A stretch of 23,286 nucleotides of DNA. It comes from Bacteriovoracaceae bacterium. Its GTDB lineage: Bacteria; Bdellovibrionota; Bacteriovoracia; Bacteriovoracales; Bacteriovoracaceae. Below, piece after piece: positions 1-8,930 of this stretch. The first letter of the stretch is position 1. Each line of letters opens with the position of its first letter. The DNA lies in NCBI GenBank assembly GCA_041586955.1, contig JBFGZE010000051.1:1-23286 (forward strand). Direction: 5' to 3'. Made by a program: the position numbers and the translations under genes. The notes beneath the pieces were generated by a model. That model had not been told where the DNA came from, did not search any database, and worked only from the letters and a program-made list of their open reading frames with translations.

Positions 1-1
1 A

Positions 2-142
2 GAGGAATTGGAAGCCTTGGGAGTGAGACATATTCTAGTCAAGCCCAATTTTCTCAATGAGCTTGTCCTTAAAATCGATGAGTTAAGCAAGAATACAGTA
101 CTTAAAAGCGAAATGGTAAAATATAAAACCAATCAGTTTTAA
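2..142 (+). CDS. 3' end of a gene entering the window, probably a response-regulator receiver domain
   Basis: Open frame EELEALGVRHILVKPNFLNELVLKIDEL...QF* ending at TAA 140-142. G-x-x-x-I-L-V-K-P followed by an amphipathic helix matches receiver beta5/alpha5. Confidence 0.55.
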   Translation, partial: EELEALGVRHILVKPNFLNELVLKIDELSKNTVLKSEMVKYKTNQF

Positions 143-275
143 ATCGGAATGATTGGCCTTCGTTTCTTCTCAAAAAAAAACCGAGACAATACTTTTTAAA
201 ATTCTAGATTTCTTAGCGCAGAGTTTATTTGTGCTAGAATGCGGTCAGCTTTTTAAACTTGAAAGGGAGGATTTT

Positions 276-719
276 ATGAAGAAGGTTATGATTTGTGCCG
301 ATCTAAAAACTCAGTCCTTGGATACACTAAGCTCTCGTTTGAAAAAAGAAAACTGGCAGGGGGTGGGGGAGATCCATTTAGTTCACTCATTTGAAAAGCA
401 TGTTTATGCGGGAGAGTTTTTTATTTCTTCATTTCCCAATGAAACTCAATATCCAGAAATTGAAGAATCTGTTCTAGAAGTTTTAACAAAACTAGAACAC
501 GATATTTTTCGTCCCGATAATCAGATCCCAATTATTAAGAAATGTCTCATCTCTTCCAATGCTAAAGATAATATTAATCACTATGCGATGGAAAACAATA
601 TCGATGAAATGTATGTTGCGACCAGAGGAATGCATGGTATCGCAGGCCTTTTTACCAGCTCTTTTGCAGAGTATATGATTCGCCATTCACAATGTGAGCT
701 TCATATTTTGCGTGAATGA
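276..719 (+). CDS. Universal stress protein (USP family)
   Basis: ATG 276 follows GGGAGG. N-terminus KKVMICADL; C-terminus YVATRGMHGIAGLFTSSFAEYMIRHSQCELHILR matches the USP motif. Confidence 0.85.
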   Translation: MKKVMICADLKTQSLDTLSSRLKKENWQGVGEIHLVHSFEKHVYAGEFFISSFPNETQYPEIEESVLEVLTKLEHDIFRPDNQIPIIKKCLISSNAKDNINHYAMENNIDEMYVATRGMHGIAGLFTSSFAEYMIRHSQCELHILRE

Positions 720-757
720 ATAGATATCTCAAGAAAGGGTCATGATTTGGAGTTGAT

Positions 758-1990
758 TTAGCTAACCTTAGTCTTGGTAAGGCTAAAATCTAACTCTAGC
801 TCAGACTTATTTTTTTCTTTTTGTATCTTTGTGGAGCTTAGAGAAAAATCTTGATTGTCCACTTCATCGTTATCTTCATCTTGGTCGTCATCCTCTTCAC
901 TACCCGAGTCGCCAAATTGAAGATTGCGTTCAAAGTTGGTGGGAGAACTGGCGGCATCAAGCGCTACTTCATGACTAATTTTTTCGGCCAAGTACAGTTC
1001 TGTTAGGTGTTGATCAAAAGATTGACTTTCTCCAGACTTGTTCCCTTTACAGATTGTCACATAGATTCCACTGAGGGGTTCTTTACCCCGGATGCAATCT
1101 TGAGTTCCTACTTTATTAACCATTATCTCTTGGGCGCAAACGCGTCCCTTGCCATTTAAGCTCGGCAAAAGGCGCTGACTTATTGTTCCGTATAGGCAAT
1201 CGGCCAACCGCATTTTTACATTATTTTGCTCTTCAGGGGTAAACATTGATACGAGCCGGTTAATCGTTGTTAAGGCGTTAGTTGTATGAACTGTTCCAAA
1301 GACCAGATGCCCGGTTTCGGCCGCTTTCATCGCAATTTGTATCGTTTCCGGATCCCGTAATTCACCAATAACGATGACATCAGGATCCTGACGGAGGGCA
1401 GCTCGCAAGGCTATTTTAAAATTATCTGTATCGGGGCCAATCTCTCTTTGAGTAATTCGGCATTTCTTTGATGTAAAAAGAAACTCAACTGGGTCTTCAA
1501 TGGTCAGAATATGTTCTTGACGGGTTAGATTGATTTCTTCTAAGAGAGCGGCAAGGGTTGAGCTTTTTCCTGAGCCGGTCACGCCAGTGACCAAAACAAG
1601 ACCTCTTTTGGCCTCTGCAATTCTCTTAATGGCATTGGGAAGCCCAAGGTCTGCGATCGTCGGTATCGTCATCGAAATAACTCGCAATACAAGAGCGTAT
1701 TTGTCTTGAAATTTGAGCAAATTAAATCTAACCCGACAAATATTGGAATATTGGTAAGATCCATCGTATTCTTTAATTTTTCCAAGCTGTTCGAGTATTT
1801 TTTTGTCTTTAATAAGGATATGAGCAATCGCTAAAAGATCTTTCTGTGATAAGGGCTCGCCTTTCATTTGCTTAAGTGATCCATTCATTCGTAAAAAAGG
1901 TCGTTCATTAGTACGTAAATGAATATCACTGACATTATTTTTAACGGCCATTTTTAATAATTGGTGAAATGAAGTTTCATTATAACTCAT
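758..1990 (-). CDS. pilT: PilT/PilU family type IV pilus retraction-type ATPase
   Basis: SDIHL, Walker A GVTGSGKSST, Asp box TIEDPVEF, ALRQDPDVIVIGELRD, His box ETGHLVFGTVH. Start placed at ATG 1990 behind GAGG. Acidic C-terminal tail. Confidence 0.9.
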   Translation of the reverse strand: MSYNETSFHQLLKMAVKNNVSDIHLRTNERPFLRMNGSLKQMKGEPLSQKDLLAIAHILIKDKKILEQLGKIKEYDGSYQYSNICRVRFNLLKFQDKYALVLRVISMTIPTIADLGLPNAIKRIAEAKRGLVLVTGVTGSGKSSTLAALLEEINLTRQEHILTIEDPVEFLFTSKKCRITQREIGPDTDNFKIALRAALRQDPDVIVIGELRDPETIQIAMKAAETGHLVFGTVHTTNALTTINRLVSMFTPEEQNNVKMRLADCLYGTISQRLLPSLNGKGRVCAQEIMVNKVGTQDCIRGKEPLSGIYVTICKGNKSGESQSFDQHLTELYLAEKISHEVALDAASSPTNFERNLQFGDSGSEEDDDQDEDNDEVDNQDFSLSSTKIQKEKNKSELELDFSLTKTKVS

Positions 1991-2275
1991 TTGCTTGTTC
2001 CTCACCTTCACCTTGTCGGCTTACTATGGAATAAATGGAGGTTCTTAAGAAAAAAAAATAAATAAATTCTATGTAAAAATAACGTGTTATGCAGCTGAAT
2101 AGAAAAAAACATAATACTCAACTAATCGTTGAGCAGGTGAACATCAAGCAGAACATTATTAAAATTCAAAAACCATTATTGATTTAATTGAAAGTCATTT
2201 TCGAGGAGAGTATGATCAACTCCACTATTGGTTTCCAGATCAATAGTGAAATAACCTTTATGATGATGTTGGATT

Positions 2276-2767
2276 ATGTTCACAAAAACAGAATTGAACC
2301 ATTTGTATAGGTATGGCCTTTCCCTTACGCATAATAGGGAACAGGCCTTTGATTTATTAAAAATAGGCCTTGAAAAATATCTATATCACATTCAGTTTAG
2401 AGATAGCCCGTTAAATCCCCAACAATTATTATGTCGAATGATGAAAAACAATTTTTTAGATTTGAGTAAATGCCAAGCGAATGGGCAGGCAGATAGACAA
2501 GAAAAGGGAGAGGTTATTTATCTTTTTAAAAATGAATTAGAGAATCTTCTTGTTGAGGATAATGAATTGGAGCTGATATTAAGCTCCTTAAACTCTGATG
2601 AAAGAGAATTCTTATTTCTTTGGGGGGTAGAAGAGTATTCGTTGGAAAAGATGTCCGAAAAGATTAGGCTCTCAAAAGGAAAATTGTTATCGAGGTTACA
2701 CCGACTTAAAGTTAGGATTACTAATTGCCAGTATAAAACAAATGATTGCAGTAAGAAGGGGCCATGA
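2276..2767 (+). CDS. ECF (sigma-70 group 4) RNA polymerase sigma factor
   Basis: Region 2 (LYRYGLSLTHNREQAFDLL...LCRMMKNNFLD) and region 4 (LSSLNSDEREFLFLWGVEEYSLEKMSE...SKGKLLSRLHR). ATGA overlap with the next gene. Confidence 0.8.
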   Translation: MFTKTELNHLYRYGLSLTHNREQAFDLLKIGLEKYLYHIQFRDSPLNPQQLLCRMMKNNFLDLSKCQANGQADRQEKGEVIYLFKNELENLLVEDNELELILSSLNSDEREFLFLWGVEEYSLEKMSEKIRLSKGKLLSRLHRLKVRITNCQYKTNDCSKKGP

Positions 2768-3336
2768 AAAGTCACTTAAGTCGCCAATTAAAAGAATATT
2801 ATAATGCTCATGCATTGAATACAGGTCAATTAGAGCATCTCATGAAGTTACAAAGGTCCAACATTAAGGAGAAGAAGCCGCTCATCCTCAACTTATTACC
2901 GCTAATTTTTTCGGGGTTCTTGGTTGGAGGATTTGTATTTATTGTTTTGCAATTGTCCAGCACGGTACCGGAAAAGGTCATGACAGAGGTGTCCCTGGGG
3001 CATCGTCTTTCAATGGATGCTGATTATAAGGCCACGAGTTATAAAGAAGTTCAATCGCATTTAAATAGGTTGCAATTCTCTCTGGTGGTACCAGAATTCC
3101 TCAACAAAAATGAGTGGATTGTTCTAGGAGGGAGTTATGGCCGTCTATTGGGGCAGGTAGTGGGACTTATACATTTGAAAAATAGGGGCAATCATCAACA
3201 CTATACCTTGTATCAACAACCTTATTCAGATAAATGGGGAAATGAAGTTATATCTCAAAAATACTACCAAAAAGATGGGATTAAAATAAAAGCTTGGCGG
3301 GAAAAGGGTATGCTTTTAATATTAGCGGGGCCTTAA
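2764..3336 (+). CDS. Putative single-pass membrane anti-sigma factor
   Basis: Translationally coupled to the ECF sigma. Short cytoplasmic N-terminus, one TM (LLPLIFSGFLVGGFVFIVL), then an extracytoplasmic domain. Confidence 0.65.
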   Translation: MKSHLSRQLKEYYNAHALNTGQLEHLMKLQRSNIKEKKPLILNLLPLIFSGFLVGGFVFIVLQLSSTVPEKVMTEVSLGHRLSMDADYKATSYKEVQSHLNRLQFSLVVPEFLNKNEWIVLGGSYGRLLGQVVGLIHLKNRGNHQHYTLYQQPYSDKWGNEVISQKYYQKDGIKIKAWREKGMLLILAGP

Positions 3337-3360
3337 TTATTTAAGGCCTGCTAATATTAA
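3316..3360. terminator. Long hairpin between convergent genes, probable bidirectional terminator
   Basis: TTAATATTAGCGGGGCCTTAA-ttat-TTAAGGCCTGCTAATATTAA, overlapping the anti-sigma stop codon. Confidence 0.6.
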
Positions 3361-3373
3361 ATAATAAATAAAT

Positions 3374-3670
3374 TTATAACTTTTGAGGTGCCGCTAATTG
3401 CAATGAAAGTGAGTCTTCAAGTTCCTCATTGAGAATTCTATCTTGCTCCTTTTCATATTTTTGGTACGCCATTTTATCTGTTTTTAATAATTGAATATGT
3501 TTATTTGCCTGAATCTCTTGCTCATGACGACAATTTTTTTCAGCGATATTCTCCAATTCTTCGCATTTCTCATAGTATTCACGAATAATACCATCCTCAT
3601 CTATATCTTTTTCAAAACTAAAAATAGAGGGGCTCGCAAATAGAAGACAAAGTGCTAATAATCGAATCAT
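3374..3670 (-). CDS. Small secreted hypothetical protein
   Basis: ATG 3670 follows GAAGGAG. Signal peptide MIRLLALCLLFASPSIFS, then a charged helical mature region with two Cys. Confidence 0.7.
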   Translation of the reverse strand: MIRLLALCLLFASPSIFSFEKDIDEDGIIREYYEKCEELENIAEKNCRHEQEIQANKHIQLLKTDKMAYQKYEKEQDRILNEELEDSLSLQLAAPQKL

Positions 3671-4084
3671 AATTTCTCCTTCAATCTTACAACTCAAAAA
3701 GGTTGGGCCTTTTAATGGCAATCAAATCTGAACTTAGTATGAGGCCAATACCGAATATATCCAAAACAAAGACTTAGAAAACGTTTCTTGAGTAAGAAAA
3801 TCATCGAACAAGTATATGATTTTATATTCTAAAGGATAAAAAATGGGGCCTAGGTAAAAATAATGGTTGATTGCCTCAAATAAATGGCAATTTTGATTCA
3901 ATCCCTTAAAAGCTGTACTTTTAATCAAATGACCCAGTTTTGCAGTATTAATGGAGTGTCACAATAGCTTAAAACACTGTAAAAACAGTATGTTAACTCA
4001 TCTTTGCCTAAGTCTATTAGATTAATTATTATATTTTAAGAATCTTTATCTTGAATTATTAAAAGAAGGAATTTGTGATCTCAA

Positions 4085-5089
4085 ATGGAGTTTTTTAAAC
4101 ATCCAAATCATCGTAATTCAATGTATCTCTCCTGGCTTCGGAAGCAAAAATGTGTCGTCTCAGGAGAGCTCGCACAGGTGGCCCATCATGTTCGTCTTGG
4201 CACGAACGGGGGTAAGGGTATTAAACCATCAGATTATTTTTGTATTCCACTTTTAAATGAATATCATACTCATGGAACCCATGCCCTTCATATAATAGGA
4301 GAGGAGAGTTTCTTTCGAATCTTTCGACTAGACAAAATAAAATTGTTTAAAGATCAATTGGAAGGCTTTTTATTAGAGCAATTTAAGGTGAAGATTGATA
4401 TTTCAGCACTTAATAGTCAATTGGCGATCACCCGTCTCATTGAAGAAATTGAAAAGCAAAGACCGGCCCAAGAGAAAAATCGATTAAATAAACCAAAGGC
4501 CATAAAAGAGAAACCTCTTGGCCCAAAAGTAAAAATAACAGACAGTGAATTCTATCAAAAGGCCAAAGAGAAAAAAAAGGTTTATGATAAAAAATTGCGT
4601 GAGCAAATGAAAGGATCAAGACCTTTTAACAATATTGAAAAAAAAGACTCTTACAATAAAGTGATCAAAAATAAAAAGAAAGTATCAATTACCGATACAG
4701 AATTTTACCAAAAGGCCAAAGAGGAAAAAAAAGCGCATGACAAAAAATTGCGTGAGCAAATGAAAGAATCAAGGCCTTTACGGAATAGGGAAAAAAAAGA
4801 CTCTTACCATAAAGTGATCAAAAATAAAAAGAAAGCATCAATTACCGATACAGAGTTTTACCAAAAGGCCAAAGAGGCACGAAAAGTTTATGAAAAAGAG
4901 CAGCGAAATTTTCTTAAAAGTAAAACTCGAGCAAAGGGTCTTGAATCTATAGAAGAGTCTGACACTTATATTAAATTAAAAAAAGAGAAGGCCTTAAAAG
5001 AAAAAGCACTACGTGATCAGCTTAAAAAAAAGCAATCGGAGTATCGTAAAGAGCAATATCGGCGTCTCAAGAAAGAGCGGGAGCTTTAG
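4085..5089 (+). CDS. DUF968-like (HNH-related) N-terminal domain with a lysine-rich tandem-repeat tail
   Basis: YLSWLRKQKCVVSG...AHHVRLGTNGGKGIKPSDYFCIPL...H...LH resembles the DUF968 pattern (YLxWVKxQPC..CG...HH...GGMGTK..D.F.IPLC..HH..LH). The C-terminal 60% is K/E-rich repeats. Confidence 0.7.
   Translation: MEFFKHPNHRNSMYLSWLRKQKCVVSGELAQVAHHVRLGTNGGKGIKPSDYFCIPLLNEYHTHGTHALHIIGEESFFRIFRLDKIKLFKDQLEGFLLEQFKVKIDISALNSQLAITRLIEEIEKQRPAQEKNRLNKPKAIKEKPLGPKVKITDSEFYQKAKEKKKVYDKKLREQMKGSRPFNNIEKKDSYNKVIKNKKKVSITDTEFYQKAKEEKKAHDKKLREQMKESRPLRNREKKDSYHKVIKNKKKASITDTEFYQKAKEARKVYEKEQRNFLKSKTRAKGLESIEESDTYIKLKKEKALKEKALRDQLKKKQSEYRKEQYRRLKKEREL
4535..4894 (+). repeat. Intragenic tandem repeat, 153 bp (51 aa) period, about 2.3 copies
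   Basis: ITD[ST]EFYQKAKE starts at 4535, 4688 and 4841. A degenerate fourth copy (IEESDTYIKLK) starts at 4949. Confidence 0.95.
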
Positions 5090-5220
5090 TTTGCCTCTTT
5101 TGACTGTTTATAAGCGAGATGTTTCAACCCTTTTTTTGTGTAATTTCAGTTGCTTGCTGGGGTTAGATATAAAAAAAGTTGTAAAGGTGAAAAAAGGTCA
5201 TAACATTCTCTTTTTTCAAA

Positions 5221-5250
5221 TTGCTGTCCCGCTAGGAGGCAGGGTATGAT
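5221..5250 (+). promoter_or_regulatory. Candidate sigma70 promoter of recQ
   Basis: TTGCTG-N18-TATGAT, ending 8 nt before the recQ ATG. Confidence 0.4.
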
Positions 5251-5258
5251 GGCCATCT

Positions 5259-7076
5259 ATGCGTAACGACAAACTTCATCTTATTTTAAAAGAAACCTTT
5301 GGTTATCAGACTTTTCGCTTTGATCAATTGGAAATCATCAATTCGATCCTTGATGGCAAAGACACATTAGCGATTATGCCTACAGGAGGCGGTAAATCTC
5401 TTTGTTACCAAATTCCGGCACTCTACAGCGAAGGAGTTTGTTTGGTGATTTCACCACTTATTTCTTTAATGCAAGACCAGGTGATGAATTTGGAGGAATT
5501 TGGAGTTGCCTCTTGTTTCTTAAATTCATCTCAAAGTTATGAAGAAAAGAAAGAGGTTCAAAGGCGAGTCCGCAATGGGGAGGCGAAGATTCTCTACGTT
5601 TCACCGGAAGGAGTCTTGTCTCCGTCCATTATGAACTTTCTTGACCAAATAACAATTTCTTTAATTGCCATTGACGAGGCCCATTGTGTATCCCAGTGGG
5701 GCCATGAATTTAGAAAAGATTATACCCGACTCTATGAACTCAAAAATTGGTTTCCAGAGGTCCCATTAATTGCCTTAACGGCAACTGCCGATGAGAAAAC
5801 GCGCAGAGATATAAGTCATCAATTATCTCTTAAAGATCCCCAAACCTTTGTCTCTTCATTTGACCGTCCAAATATAAAGTACATGATTCATGAAAGAGGT
5901 GATGAAATAAAGCAATTAAATGAGTTTATATCAGCATCTCATTCTGATGATACCGGGATTGTTTATTGCCTTTCCCGCAAAAAAGTGGAAAAAGTGGCCA
6001 AGGAATTGAGTAATTTAGGTTATCACGCTATCCCATATCACGCAGGGCTTTCTCCGCAAACCAGAGAAAGGAATCAAGAATTATTTAATCGTGAGGAGCA
6101 AATTATCGTCGTGGCAACAATTGCTTTTGGCATGGGGATTGATCGACCGGACGTACGATTTGTCGCTCATCTTGATTTACCTAAAAGTGTCGAGAGTTAT
6201 TATCAAGAAACAGGGAGAGCTGGCCGCGATGGCAAAGAATCTTCCGCGTGGATGATTTATGGCCTACAAGATGTCGTTAAGATCTCCCAAATGCTCGAGA
6301 CAACGGAGGCCCATGAAAATTATAAAAAAGTGGCCCGCCATAAATTAGATTCCATGCTATCTCTATGCGAAACCATCCAATGCCGGCGGCATTATTTACT
6401 CAATTATTTTGGCGAGCAGACCGGTCAGCATTGTGGTAGTTGTGACTCTTGCTTGGAGCCAGCAGAAACGTGGGATGCTTCAATAGACGCTCAGAAATTA
6501 TTATCGACAATTTATCGTACAGGGCAAAACTTTGGATCTAATTATATTATAGATGTTTTAAGAGGCTCGAAAAATACTAAAGTTATCGAACGGCGCCATG
6601 ATCGACTAAGTGTTTACGGAATAGGGAAGGATCTCCCTAAAAATCACTGGAACCATATGATTCGGCAAATGATTCATCTTGGTTATATTGGTATCAAAAA
6701 CTGGGAATATCGTAACCTTTGTTTATTAGAAAAAAGTCGCGGAGTCCTTGCGGGAACTTCTCCTATATACTTGCGGCGTCAGAGCGATAAGCGAGCTCGT
6801 TTGGGTTTACAAAAAGCGTCTACTAAAAATAAGCATATGGATCATGAGCGGCATGAATTGTTTGAGGAATTGCGGAGCTTACGCGGTGAAATTGCGGAAG
6901 AAAAAAAGGTTCCCCCTTATATTGTCTTTAACGATAAAACTTTGCACGAGATGTGTGTTTTCCTGCCCCGTAATGCCTCCGACTTTTTAATGATTAATGG
7001 TGTAGGTCAAAAAAAATATGAACAATATGGGGCCTTATTTCTCCGAAAAATTGCCGACCACCAGATTCACGTTTAA
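5259..7076 (+). CDS. recQ: ATP-dependent DNA helicase RecQ
   Basis: MPTGGGKSLCYQIPA, DEAHCVSQWGHEFR, VATIAFGMGIDRPDVRFV, YYQETGRAGRDG, Zn-binding CRR...CGSCDSC, RQC domain, and HRDC domain (VPPYIVFNDKTL). Confidence 0.98.
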   Translation: MRNDKLHLILKETFGYQTFRFDQLEIINSILDGKDTLAIMPTGGGKSLCYQIPALYSEGVCLVISPLISLMQDQVMNLEEFGVASCFLNSSQSYEEKKEVQRRVRNGEAKILYVSPEGVLSPSIMNFLDQITISLIAIDEAHCVSQWGHEFRKDYTRLYELKNWFPEVPLIALTATADEKTRRDISHQLSLKDPQTFVSSFDRPNIKYMIHERGDEIKQLNEFISASHSDDTGIVYCLSRKKVEKVAKELSNLGYHAIPYHAGLSPQTRERNQELFNREEQIIVVATIAFGMGIDRPDVRFVAHLDLPKSVESYYQETGRAGRDGKESSAWMIYGLQDVVKISQMLETTEAHENYKKVARHKLDSMLSLCETIQCRRHYLLNYFGEQTGQHCGSCDSCLEPAETWDASIDAQKLLSTIYRTGQNFGSNYIIDVLRGSKNTKVIERRHDRLSVYGIGKDLPKNHWNHMIRQMIHLGYIGIKNWEYRNLCLLEKSRGVLAGTSPIYLRRQSDKRARLGLQKASTKNKHMDHERHELFEELRSLRGEIAEEKKVPPYIVFNDKTLHEMCVFLPRNASDFLMINGVGQKKYEQYGALFLRKIADHQIHV

Positions 7077-8215
7077 CTGAGATCCTCAACCAGAGAGTGC
7101 TTGAAGGTAAAGTCTTGAAGGGACATCAGTTTTCTATTTGAGATTTTACCTTTTTTTAAAACTTTTGGAGCTTCCTTTTGCTTGTCCATAAATTGATCGT
7201 AGATTTTTTGATCAATCAATTTCTTTTCGACAAAGTATTTGGATAAATCACTCCATAAAAAGGGGCGGCCATCACTTAGGTGATAGACTTCTCCCAGGGG
7301 GGAGTAGAGTGCTAAATGAATTAATGCACGGGCACAATCTTGTCGATGGACTAAGTTGATGAAGTTTGTAGGGTGCACCTTCTCAAATTGAAGCCATTTA
7401 GAGGGATGGGAACTTTCATCGTAAAGACCTGGACAAATTCCCCAAATGGCCCCTTCTTTCACCATCTGATTTTCTATTTGTCTACGTTTGTGAGAGGTGT
7501 CAATATGAGTATAGTTTTCATCAATCCAAGTTTCCTGTTTTGAAGGTAGGTATTGAGAAGTCGTGCCGATACCAATCGTTTTACCTAAAAGGTGTTTTTT
7601 TAGATGCCAAAACTCTAAAGTATGGGGGGAGTTATTGGCGGGTAGAGTCCAGAATGTAAAATCGACGAAGGGTAAATGGTCCCAGCTCTTTTTATCATTT
7701 AAATCAAAGAAAATATGGCCTTGGTCACTTGGACTGGAGTCGCTGCGAGTCGTCCTATAAATTTTGACTGTACCCATCAGTTTATTGCTTATTAACTCTT
7801 GGGCAATACGAGAACCAACTTTACCATGACCTAGGATTAAAATGGTTGTTGGCCGGGTGGAAGGCCTTTTTAAAATAAAACAAATGACGGCGACCAGAAT
7901 GAGAAAAACACCAACTTTAATGGTCCAAGGATTCTTTCCCCATAGAACAATTAAATATGAAGCTGAAATAAATCCCACAGACATCTTCTTTGCCTTTTGA
8001 TTAATGATACCAAATTCAAACCAATTGAATAAGTTTTTACCAAAGCGAGGATGGTGGATTAAATAATAATAAAATTTCGGATTACTTTTTGAAAAAAAGA
8101 AAGCTCCCAAAATAAGGAAGGGAGTTGTGGGCAGAATAGGGAGAAAAATGCCCAATAGGCCCAATAGGCAGATAAGTATTCCAAAAATAAATAAAGGCCA
8201 ATTATAATGTTTCAT
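7073..8215 (-). CDS. YbaN/DUF454 membrane domain fused to an atypical SDR (Rossmann-fold epimerase-like) domain
   Basis: N-terminus LGLLGIFLPILPTTPFLILGAFFFSKS...HPRFG matches DUF454. Then TILILGHGKVG (GxGxxG) and NLVHRQDCARA...YHLSDG. Start is ATG 8215 or TTG 8227. Confidence 0.8.
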   Translation of the reverse strand: MKHYNWPLFIFGILICLLGLLGIFLPILPTTPFLILGAFFFSKSNPKFYYYLIHHPRFGKNLFNWFEFGIINQKAKKMSVGFISASYLIVLWGKNPWTIKVGVFLILVAVICFILKRPSTRPTTILILGHGKVGSRIAQELISNKLMGTVKIYRTTRSDSSPSDQGHIFFDLNDKKSWDHLPFVDFTFWTLPANNSPHTLEFWHLKKHLLGKTIGIGTTSQYLPSKQETWIDENYTHIDTSHKRRQIENQMVKEGAIWGICPGLYDESSHPSKWLQFEKVHPTNFINLVHRQDCARALIHLALYSPLGEVYHLSDGRPFLWSDLSKYFVEKKLIDQKIYDQFMDKQKEAPKVLKKGKISNRKLMSLQDFTFKHSLVEDLS

Positions 8216-8237
8216 TTCTAGTGACAAAAAAACTCAC

Positions 8238-8930
8238 TTACCAATTATTATGTTTACTTAAACTCTTCCAGTCTTTGAATTGTTGAATGATATTATTCTC
8301 ATTTGAACAAGAGAGCTCTTGCTGCAATTTTTCAGCATAGCTTTCAAATTGTCCTGCCCCGCCTTCACTTAACGCCGCAACAGGAATTGGAGTACCATAG
8401 GAAATAATGATACGGCTAAAAGGTTTGGGGAGGCGAAATTGATCCCAGCTATTAAAGCTCCAATAAGTTTCGGCAATGGGGAGATAGGGAACAAGGCAAG
8501 TTCCAGATTTAATTGCCATATCGATAATACCTGGTTTGACCTGCTTGGCCGGTCCCTTAGGGCCATCAATCGTTACTGCACCAGGATATCCTTCTTTTAA
8601 GACCTTAATCATTTCTTCTTTTGCTAGTTTTCCACCTTTATCGACACCGGCCTTATTTTTTGAACTACCACGAACTACTTTATTGCCCATGCGCCTGCAG
8701 GCATAGGCGACGGGATCTACATCTTTAGATTTAGAGACAATAACCACATAATTTTTTTTGGTTTGGGCCAAAATACCGTGAAGTAGGTTTTGATGCCAAA
8801 CCCCTAAGAGAAAGTTTTGATTTTGGCTTTTTTGACAGGCCAGTGTCAGGTTTTCAAGGCCTATAAAACGAAAGCGGTAAGTTGAGCGTAAAGTAACGGC
8901 AATAAAATAGATAATTTTTGATAAAAACAT
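8238..8930 (-). CDS. DUF374 lysophospholipid acyltransferase family protein
   Basis: WHQ, IVSKSKD, VVRGSS, ITxDGPKGP-like (VTIDGPKGP) and SWDQFRLPKPFSR motifs. Confidence 0.9.
   Translation of the reverse strand: MFLSKIIYFIAVTLRSTYRFRFIGLENLTLACQKSQNQNFLLGVWHQNLLHGILAQTKKNYVVIVSKSKDVDPVAYACRRMGNKVVRGSSKNKAGVDKGGKLAKEEMIKVLKEGYPGAVTIDGPKGPAKQVKPGIIDMAIKSGTCLVPYLPIAETYWSFNSWDQFRLPKPFSRIIISYGTPIPVAALSEGGAGQFESYAEKLQQELSCSNENNIIQQFKDWKSLSKHNNW

Noticed and set aside
153..275. 41-aa N-terminal extension of the USP from TTG 153
   Set aside because: The strong RBS and the domain start both point to ATG 276.
3734..3928. 64-aa minus-strand ORF
   Set aside because: Non-ATG start in an AT-rich divergent promoter region, with no motif.
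4535..4894. Repeats as a possible CRISPR-like array
   Set aside because: The units are contiguous 153-bp in-frame coding duplications with no unique spacers, and no cas genes are present.
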